Shown here: piece after piece, positions 11,365 through 19,920 of the stretch | How positions within the stretch are numbered: position 1 is the stretch's first letter | How the letters are laid out: each line of letters begins with the position of its first letter | From: Bugula neritina | Lineage: Eukaryota > Animalia > Bryozoa | Direction: 5' to 3' | Assembly (NCBI GenBank): GCA_964035545.1 | Contig: CAXIUT010000293.1 | Location: forward strand, 1 to 19,920 | DNA length: 19,920 nucleotides | Notes under the pieces: model-generated | Seen by the model: the letters and a program-made list of their open reading frames with translations, nothing else | The model's database searches: none | Told to the model about the DNA's origin: nothing | Position numbers and translations under genes: made by a program

Positions 11365-12649
11365 TCATATACTACCAAATATTAAACTTAACCAAGAATA
11401 TTTATTTAATTTTACCAGGGGTTGGGGTTGGGGTTGGGGTTGGGGTTGGGGTTGGGGTTGGGGTTGGGGTTGGGGTTGGGGATTAATCTTTAATACCACA
11501 AATGCTGGCAGGATTGGATATAATAACCTTCGATAGCCTACTTTTCCAGTTGTTGTATTAACATTGAGTTAATTTTTCTTAGCAAAGGAAAACATATTTG
11601 CCATTGTTTCTGACTTTTACATAAAAATCAACTTGATTATCACTATGTAACTAAAAAACAAGGTTCGAAGAAAATGGGCTGCTTCCTTCACAGTTAAGAT
11701 CGCTTGATGTACCTTTACTGTAGAGTTATTAGATACATTTAGCAGATGATATGTTAAGGTTATTTTGAGCTGATATGAAATCTACTTAATTTGCACTGAT
11801 TGTTAGCCATTTTCCTGAACTTTGGTTTTTAGTAGGAGGGTCAAATGATTTTAAAATTTGAGAGAAAGTAAAAGTATTGTATGCTTTTGAAAGGTTGTAG
11901 GTTAAGGTAAAATGATTGTACCAATTGTAAAGATGTTCCATATTTGAGAGATCTTTGGATGTAAATTATTGAGGTAAAGGTCTACCCAAGTAGCGATCAA
12001 CTCTAATTGTATCATAAAGTTCTGAAAGTTTTTTTAAGTCCATTGTTTCTGAATCAATTTTGAATATCTTTGCCATAGATTCCAAGAAAGGATCATATAA
12101 TATGTCTATCCTGGCATATTCTTATTTTTGTTGTTAAATATTTTTATTTATCTATTGTTTTTCATTTGGACATGACTAGATAAGTTCACTACTATAGCTA
12201 ACAGTAGATATCAATTGTCCTTTAGGTAATGCAAAATGTTCTTAATTTGTATCATTTTTATAGTGATAGGGTGGTATCCTGTATTTCGGTTAGGCTGGAT
12301 TGAGAATTTGTCCATTTCCTAGTGGATACATTCCATATAGATTTGTAAGTGATGTTTGGATTGTTTTGTTTTGAGTGGTTGTGATGATTTGAATCCTTTC
12401 TTTGTTAAATGTTGAAGGTAGAAATGATAGTTAGTCGATATAATACTTTTTGAAGAGCTTTCCTAGAGATTACTGTTGCCTTAATCCAACAGGAGTTAGA
12501 TCATTCCATCGAGTTTTTGTCTGGTTTCCATCATACAGATCATTTGTATGAAACCTTGCTCCTGGAGCTAATAGAACAACAACTGACTGTAGTTTAGTTT
12601 ATGCAAAAATAGCTAGTAAAGCAATGATAAAGATCGCTATTTTTTACAT
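11365..12649 (-). CDS. Secreted histidine acid phosphatase (branch 2) homologue with degenerate active site; 3' end interrupted by a telomeric tract
   Basis: Signal peptide MEKIAIFIIALLAIFA; LTPVGLRQQ.SLG, LYGMYPLG.G, PFSSNLVF(E)LH, FYVKVRNNG. RHGxR reads APGAR and HD reads NE. TGA 11365-11367 is in frame only if 61 or 64 nt of the tract (or a single base) are removed. Confidence 0.8.
11418..11481 (+). repeat. Interstitial telomeric tract (GGGGTT)10 GGGG, 64 nt
   Basis: Perfect C4A2/G4T2 (Tetrahymena-type) repeat with unique sequence on both sides. Confidence 0.95.
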
Positions 12650-12688
12650 CAATTATTATAAAAATAAAAATAGCAATAGTTCAATTAA

Positions 12689-13275
12689 ATGGCTCAATAA
12701 TCCGAATACACTAGCATTAATTTTCTTTCTTCTGTAACCTTTTTATAACTCAGTTAAAATCAAATAAGAGTAAACTGTTAAGAGCCACTTCATTTGATGC
12801 CGATTTCAAGACGATGGATTTCGTATTAAATAGTCCAAAAGGAAATGTTAAAAAAAATATTAGCTTTCAGAAGAATGTCGATTGTTAAATAGCGAAAAGA
12901 TTTATACTTGCGATTGTTGGTAAGTATTAGGGACAGTAAGGGGCAGAAAAAAGGTGGGAAGGATTTATGGAAAATGTTTAATCAGGAAATTTTTAGAAAT
13001 TTGTAGAATAAATTAGTCATGAAGCACAGGAAAACAAAGCTGATGAAGTAAAACCCAATCCTGAGAGCAATCATCTGTTAAAATAAACATTCAAATAATA
13101 AAAAGGGGAGAAGAAGAAGTTGACTAGAATATATTCATCTAAGGCGTTGGATAAGGCTAAAGTTCAGTAGAAAGAATAGAAAAAATCAATAAGTTATAAA
13201 GATTCAATTAAGAAGGATTTGATGGAAATAAGAGATATTTTATATGCCGGATAAAAGTTTATCAGGTAGGCTTGA
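12689..13275 (+). CDS. Hypothetical charged protein (~188 aa)
   Basis: ATG 12689, 20-nt intron 12734-12753 (gtaacctttttataactcag), open to TGA 13273-13275. Confidence 0.65.
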
Positions 13276-13553
13276 CTGTTGATTAGTATATCGATAATAT
13301 TTAATATAGTTTAGAAATGAATAATTCGAATAATATTGAAGTTGAGAATTGGCATATTTTTGATCTTTGAATAAGGCGGGAGAGAGCATAGCGTTGATAA
13401 TAATAAGTAAATAGAATAATCAATCAAGATTAATTAGCAATAGACTTCTTATTGAGATATTTTTGATAATATTTAGTAGATAATATATGTTGATTTAATG
13501 TTCTTTTACTAAGATAGTTTTATACAAAGTGCGCGTGGTGTTAAAAACTAATA

Positions 13554-14131
13554 ATGGCAAATTTAGCGCCCAAGGATCTTTCAGAATTAATCGAGCATTA
13601 ATAGTAATCTTACTCTAGCTCTCTTTAAAAGGCAAGATCTGTTGGAGTCAAATCGTAGGAGTTGACTCCTCCTAAAAGATCGTATTGTCCTTAAAACTAT
13701 AATGCAACCATAAAAAAATAGATGATGCCAAGCGATAAAATTCTGTTCTATAAGAGTAAGCCCTATCATTTGGATTATTTGAATTCTATAACTATTTGTA
13801 TTTTGTATCTGATTTAGATGAGGGACGTTTGCAGAATTAATTGACTATTTCCAACAATCGTACAAGTCGTAGACGAGGTTGTCACTGTGTTAAATCTAAA
13901 TGTCAGTCAAAATATTGTTAGTGTTTTGGTAAGGGATTGGCGTGTGGAACTGATTGCTAGTGCGTAGACTGTCATAATTTGGAATAGAGAGATTAAGTTG
14001 TACAGCCTGAATAAAAAGGATGTAAATGTTCTAAATCTATGTGTTTGAAGAACTATTGCGAATGTTATCAGAGAGGAGAGCATTGTGGGAAGAAGTGTCA
14101 GTGTACTAATTGTAAGAATGTTGGTTTATGA
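13554..14131 (+). CDS. Tesmin/TSO1/LIN54-like CRC (twin CXC) domain protein
   Basis: GCHCVKSKCQSKYC(E)CFGKGLACGTDC(E)CVDCHN and GCKCSKSMCLKNYCECYQRGEHCGKKCQCTNCKN; 20-nt intron 13798-13817; TGA 14129-14131. Confidence 0.88.
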
Positions 14132-14156
14132 TTTATATGTATACTTATTGATAAAA

Positions 14157-15930
14157 TCATTTAGAGGAGGGTAAGTTTGGATAGAATGGTTTTGAGTGGG
14201 TCTTTAAGTAGTTTTATATCTTTTCGGAAAGAAGACTGCCTCTTGCTCTGGCTTTTTTTAATCTTTTTACGAATGTTTGTTTTATTTATGTTTACTAGGA
14301 TATTTATGGATTATCTTACTTTTTATTTGTAGTTTCAGTTAGATTTTTATTGTTTGAAGGTATTCTTGATGTGTTTCCTTCTTGAAATGAAGATATACTT
14401 CTTGTGTTTCCAGTACTTGTTTATTTATGATCTTCTTCATTAGTATTTTTAATTTAAAGAAGGCGTTAATTTTGATTTTTAAGAAATTAACTGAGTTATT
14501 TGATACAAGATAAAAGCTAATCATTCTGACCTTATTGACGATTAATACTTTCCAGAATAGCTTTTATAAGTTTTTTGTTTTATTTCAATTAATTTTATTA
14601 CGATTATTATAAGGGTTAAGACTAAATTTATTGAATATGTTTATTATTAAGTTATGGAGAAATAATTCTTGAAGATCTTTAACCGATAATATTTTATGTT
14701 AATTCTGATTGATTATTATTTTATTATTTTTATATTCTTGAATGTTTAAAAAATTAATTTTATGATTAATTTAATGATTACTATTGAAGATTATTGATTT
14801 TATATTATTTTGAGGGACTAATATATTTTTATTTATGTTTAGATTCAACAGTATTAGTGAGTTATTTACTTTGTTTATTTATATATCTTAATTTGATTAA
14901 AGTTTAATACTTAAGTGATTTTATATCTTTTTATTTCGAAGTATTTATATGATTTTATTATGCTTTAGCTATTTATTTTAGTTAATAATTAGATTTATTA
15001 TTATTTGATAGCTATTATTTTTATTTATTTAAATCAATATATTGATCTAAATGTACCATACATTTTGAAAGTTATTATTTTATTTATTTTATTGATTTTT
15101 GCCTATTTTCTGTATCAATATCACAACTTTGTTTATCAACAATTTAATTTATTACTTATTATTGACTTTTATTTCTTATTTAAGGTTATTTTGAACGATC
15201 TTTTGATTTACTTTTAGTATTGTCTTGTTATGATGTCTTATATTGTATGTTTCTACTTTTTATAACCTTTTATTTGATTCCTTGAGGATGACTTGCTTCT
15301 TTCATATTATTATCTTTATTTAATTCTATATCATTAATTTTATTTAACTTTTTATATCTACTTTTATCACTTCTACTATTAATATTTCGACTATTTTTAT
15401 TATTTATGTTTTAGAAATCAATAGTTCTATGTGTTTTAGTATTGGACTTATTATTTTTATTATTTTATGTTACTTTTTGTGATTGTTTGAGGTAGGGTAG
15501 ATTTGAAAAAATAATTACTTTTAGGAAAATAATTTATTTAGTGCTTTTTTATTTTTATTTATTGTTATTTTGATTGATTATTTTGAATTTTAGCTTTGTA
15601 TTTTGATTTTAGGTCTTTCAGGTTGTTGATTATTTATTCGCATGTATTTATGTACTTTTATGTGACTAATTATTATCGCTATGTGTAATACCTTTGACTT
15701 GGTTGGTTGATTTGATGGCTAACTGGTTCTATCGTTGGATATGGAGATATTTATGGAGAATTATAGATTGGTTTTTTGTAGTAATTATGAGGCAGAGAAA
15801 CAGAACGTTGCTATTTACGTTCATTATATGATTGTTTATATTTGATTTGCTAGTCAAGCATTTGTTTGTATATATGTTGTTTTCTTGTTTTTTAAGCTCG
15901 AAAGTATTAATTATCTGATAACTATAGCAT
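14157..15930 (-). CDS. Low-complexity Asn/Lys/Glu-rich coiled-coil protein; internal exon structure not resolved (one or two genes)
   Basis: ATG 15930 (MLELSDNEYFRAEKTRKQHIYKQMLDEQIKYK...); plausible last exon ...KPFYPNLPSSK TGA 14157-14159. Start and end frames differ, so an intron or indel is needed. Confidence 0.5.
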
Positions 15931-16185
15931 TGCCAATATTTTATTGTTTATATTTATATTTAAAACTCATTATCATATCATCAAACTTAATTAATAACTC
16001 TTATTCTTTTAAAAAACAGCTTTTTAGAAGAAATTACCCAAAATAATTTTAAAACAATAATTAGTTGATTGATATTCATTGAAATATATTTGAAATTATA
16101 AATTTTATAAGATTAATGATAAAAAGTATGTAAATTCCTATTTAAAATGCTAATAATATAATAATAACTCTATAAGAATTACTTA

Positions 16186-17768
16186 ATGTCCTCTTTCATT
16201 TTGATCCTCTTGTTTGCAGTCCCTCTTCTGGGTGACAATGCTCCTGTGGATATAATAAATGCTCGATAGTATATTGGAGATTACCAAACATCTCAAGAGA
16301 TGGTACTTCAGTTACGATAAAGAATACTTTTGACTATCTAGAAGGACGAGAAGGCAGGTTAGTCGCCTTCTTCTATGGTCAATCGAATCGAGATGTGATC
16401 AATAGCCTCGATATCTTCGTCATGGATCCAAGATATTAAGATGGTCGGATGGTTCTCATCGAGGTCAAGGAAATAATCGATATTGGTGATGGTAGTGAAT
16501 GGAATAATACTGATCATCATATTACTTATACTACTATATGGAAAGAACGCATCTAGGATACTTGTAATTGCTAAATAAATTAGATTAAGTTGATCATGTA
16601 TCGACGAGTATTGTCTTTAGTGGTTTGGATACTGAAGACTACGAGGATGTTTCGATTGATATCCATATGACAGGTACTAATTTTGAGTTTAAGTCTAGCC
16701 TTCAGTACTATGACCAGGTACATATCATCCAATGAAGATATTATCAACGCTGACATACAGTTTGTTTATCAGTTTTGTGGTGGCTATTCAAATTTATGCT
16801 GGATATGTATTGGTTCGTATTATGGATGCTCCTAACTTTGTTTTTAGCGGGAAGATGTCATTATTGACTTTATCTTTATGCAATATTGAAGACTTTTCTC
16901 AAACTATGAGTCATATTCAATATATCATGGGTTCTGAGGTATATAAATGGTTATATTCAGAGTGGTTATTTGTTTTTCATCATGCCTGCCTTGGCCTATA
17001 TCGTGTTATTTATTATATTCGATATGAAAATGTTATTTTTGGTGTGGAGAAGTCATAACCTTAGAAATATTGAAAATCCTCAGTTATTGAGAAAAAAATT
17101 GACATCTTTCTATATTCAATTTTGTACTTTGTTTTTAATTTAGACCTAGGACTATTCTTATATCTAACTCTTATATACTTCTTTAGTAATGATTAGTGGA
17201 TGATTATCTTGAGGAATATGATTTTGATTCCTCAGATTATACATAACGTTCGAATGGGAAATAATCCTGGTTTCAATTCTTTCTATATTTTTGGATTTAT
17301 TGGAACTAGATTGCTCATTCCATTCTATTAAAGACTATGTCCTTAGAATAGATTTCATTTGAGTCCTAATATTACCTTAATTTCAATAGTTCTATCACTT
17401 TATATCCTTGAAGTATTTATATTCTTAGTTAGGTGGTGCTTTTGTACTTACAGTCAAGATTAGGTTCAAGGTTTTTTGTACCCAAACGATTTCAACCAAA
17501 CTACTTCAATTATAAACAGAAACTAAAGCAAGATGACACTAATAGAGATTGTTAATGCACAATATGTTTGCAAAATATTTTCTAGGAACCACGTACAACT
17601 ATTAATGCTTCTGATTTGGATGACAGTTTAGTGAATAGTTCTTTACAGCAAGAAGTACCAGTGATGACTACTCCATGCAAGCATCATTTTCATGAGGAGT
17701 GTTTATCACAGTGGATTGAAGTTAAGTTGGAGTGTCCTACTTGTCGTAGTCCTTTGCCTCCTGTTTGA
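16186..17768 (+). CDS. Transmembrane RING-H2 E3 ubiquitin ligase, Tul1/Dsc1/FLY-like
   Basis: Signal peptide, lumenal domain, TM bundle with LIPQIIHN, RLLIPFY(E)RLCP(E)N, LQSRLGSRFFVP, then CTIC...TPCKHHFHEECLSQWIEVKLECPTCRSPLPPV. Introns 16303-16322, 16564-16583, 16718-16737, 16939-16960, 17124-17143, 17413-17432. Confidence 0.9.
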
Positions 17769-17912
17769 TCAATTATAGAGGTTTGATTGTGTGATTTAGG
17801 CAAATATTTAATACATTAGTTAATTTAGAGTTAGAATATTTGAGTTGTGAAATCGTTTTTTAAAAGAATTAACTCAGCTTAGCTTTCGATTATAAAATTT
17901 AGAATTATTTAG

Positions 17913-19529
17913 ATGAAGATAGAACATAACAATACATCAATGAAATTTAAGGCTATTGGGAAACGTATAGTAAGCAAATCTACTCGTCGTTCTGTCTAAA
18001 CAAGTCTTTTGCGCCCTTAATTACGAGCATTTCGCTTAGACTATTAAGAAGTCAACCCATCTGATAAATCAGGAAAATAATTTTCTTCTTCATCGTAAAA
18101 AAATAACATGTACAAGTATTCAGCTATTGAAGATACTCGTGTGAGTCGTTTCACTCATCACCAGATCTTATTAGTTGAAAAGAATATTTTGGTACTTGCT
18201 TTACTTGTTATCTTCTTGGGAATGATGAAAATTGAGGCTGATTTGAACTATCCTGAAGGGAACATCAGTTCTAATTTAATGACTGTCATCAGTTGTACGA
18301 CATGTATGTTAAGTAAGTATTGATTTATTTTAGTTTTATTGGCTTTTTTAAGGAAAATACTAGTATTACAGTTATAAATTGATCAGAGGATGATATATGT
18401 GAGAAAAGATGAAAGGAGCGATTGTCGAAGTGGTCTTTGGAAGGTGATCAGAGATCGTCGAAGAGTCATCTAATTGTTCCTTGAGATACTTCTCATTTTA
18501 CCTCATCCTATTACATTTTTTCAGGGAGTTAAATTTTCAATGTAAAATGAAAATAAAGGAGTTCATTTCATGTATTCTGTGAACGATATGTTAAGTGTTT
18601 TGATGATGGGTAAAATATACTTAGTTTTTCGTTCTCTGGTGGCTTTAACAATCTATTCTTCTCCTCGAGCGATTAGATTATGTAGTTATAATAATATCTA
18701 ACACAGTACTTTTTTTATTCTGAAATGTATTCAGCAGGAATATCCTTTAGGTTTCACAACTATTCTTTCACTAGTAACTATGTTCATCTTTGCTTTTGGG
18801 TTTAGAGTAACTGAAGGGAATCTCTACCATTTAAATCCTGATCTTATCAGCAAAACAGGATTCTAAGACTATACTACATGTATTTGGTATACTTTTATAA
18901 CTATGACTTCAATTGGGTATGGAGATTATATACCTATAACTGAAATAGGTCGTCTGTTAGCTATGATTATTGCTATTTTCGGTGTATTTTTAAATTCATT
19001 TTTGGTTGTAGCTTTAACTGAATATCTCAAAATGAAAACTGGATAAATCAGATCACATACAACACTTAATCGTTTAATTTAAGAGAAAAAAATATATTAG
19101 GAATCTGCTGGTGTTTTAGCTGAGACTATTGGAGTCACACAGATGTTGTCATAAAATAAATTGGATCCTCTGATATTGAAAAGAATGCGACCTGTTTTCG
19201 ATGATTTAAAGAAGAAAATTGATAAAAGTAAAGCTCAAAGTCGTTTGATTAAGGCTATTTTACCTCAATAGAATAAAACTTAGTTAATGATTCACTAATT
19301 TGAGTTGGTTAAAGACAATTTTAGGGAGATTTATAACAAACAACATAAGATCAAACAAAAAATATCAAAAATAGAGAATTTAAAGGGTGATCAGATGAAG
19401 AAAGTCAGGCAGAGTTTCATAAAAGAGGTTTTTTCGATAATTGGCAAGGATATGTGTGATTTAATAAGTAATTATATTAATATTTTTGATTATTTATATT
19501 AATACAACTTCTATGATGATAATATCTGA
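17913..19529 (+). CDS. 6-TM potassium channel of the ciliate-expanded SK-like (small-conductance Ca-activated-like) family
   Basis: LEILLILPHP, pore WYTFITMTSIGYGDYIPITEIGR, C-terminal coiled region; 21-nt intron 18313-18333; TGA 19527-19529. Confidence 0.88.
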
Positions 19530-19545
19530 TGATGATAGTTATAAT

Positions 19546-19844
19546 ATGCCAGATAGGGGTTGGGGTTGGGGTTGGGGTTGGGGTTGGGGTTGGGGTTGGG
19601 GTTGGGGTTGGGGTTGGGGTTGGGGTTGGGGTTGGGGTTGGGGTTGGGCGATAAGAGATGGATAAAAAAACGAGGCCAGAAGAAAAGTTAATGTAAGTAA
19701 TTTAGAGGGAATATAATCGATGGGCCCAGATTTCTTAGATAGAATCGATACTTCATTTAATGACTCAATGATCAAAGAAAAATCACAGACTTTAAAGGAG
19801 TCGCGTTTTAATCGAATGAGAATTCATATTTATAGGAAATAAAA
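19546..19844 (+). CDS. 5' fragment of a gene, interrupted in frame by one telomeric tract and cut by the terminal tract
   Basis: ATG 19546 (or 19513): MPDR[(GW)15]AIRDGEKNEARRKVNVSNLEGIESMGPDFLDRIDTSFNDSMIKEKSQTLKESRFNRMRIHIYRKEK, with no TGA before the terminal repeats. Confidence 0.45.
19556..19648 (+). repeat. Interstitial telomeric tract (GGGGTT)15 GGG, 93 nt
   Basis: Perfect repeat, followed by 196 nt of unique sequence before the terminal tract. Confidence 0.95.
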
Positions 19845-19920
19845 GGGGTTGGGGTTGGGGGTTGGGGTTGGGGTTGGGGTTGGGGTTGGGGTTGGGGTTG
19901 GGGTTGGGGTTGGGGTTGGG
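19845..19920 (+). repeat. Terminal telomeric tract (GGGGTT)n, probable macronuclear chromosome end
   Basis: G-rich strand runs 5'->3' to the end of the window; one G5 variant at 19857-19861. Confidence 0.9.

Noticed and set aside
11380-11520. Tetrahymena-type chromosome breakage sequence or telomere-bearing transposon end at the internal tracts
   Set aside because: No match to the AAACCAACC core, no inverted repeats, no transposase, and the tracts are direct rather than inverted.
13365-13382. TTTGAA next to GGCGGGA upstream of the CRC gene, resembling CHR/E2F elements
   Set aside because: Order is opposite to canonical CDE-CHR, and such short motifs arise by chance.
540-15217. Short standard-code ORFs (540, 4450, 7050, 7223, 7472, 7846, 11137, 13587, 15005)
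   Set aside because: Antisense or off-frame shadows of table-30 genes.
19539-19775. ORF-track protein with a (PQ)n repeat on the minus strand
   Set aside because: It is the CCCCAA strand of the telomeric tract translated; the flanks read better on the + strand.
1-19920. Widespread pseudogenisation, or UAR=Gln, or split UAA=Lys/UAG=Glu code
   Set aside because: In-frame TAA and TAG both fall at conserved Glu positions in otherwise intact genes.

Overview
AT-rich, gene-dense eukaryotic DNA, most likely the right-hand end of a ciliate macronuclear contig. TGA is the only stop codon, and TAA and TAG both encode Glu (translation table 30, known from peritrichs), so the supplied standard-code ORF track is fragmented. 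Read by hand with this code, the window holds about 15 tightly packed genes. These include a CTL/SLC44 transporter, PSMD9/Nas2, a Myb-like protein, a histidine acid phosphatase homologue lacking its catalytic motifs, a CRC/tesmin protein, a Tul1-like RING-H2 E3 ligase and an SK-like K+ channel. Eighteen tiny GTA...AG introns were inferred, 15 of them exactly 20 nt. The most unusual feature is three co-oriented (GGGGTT)n telomeric tracts (11418-11481, 19556-19648, 19845-end). All three lie inside apparent reading frames, and the two internal ones look like telomere-repeat insertions at a GGG seed. Read data are needed to tell real telomerase insertion and rejoining from an assembly artefact. 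All translations were done by eye and no database searches were run.
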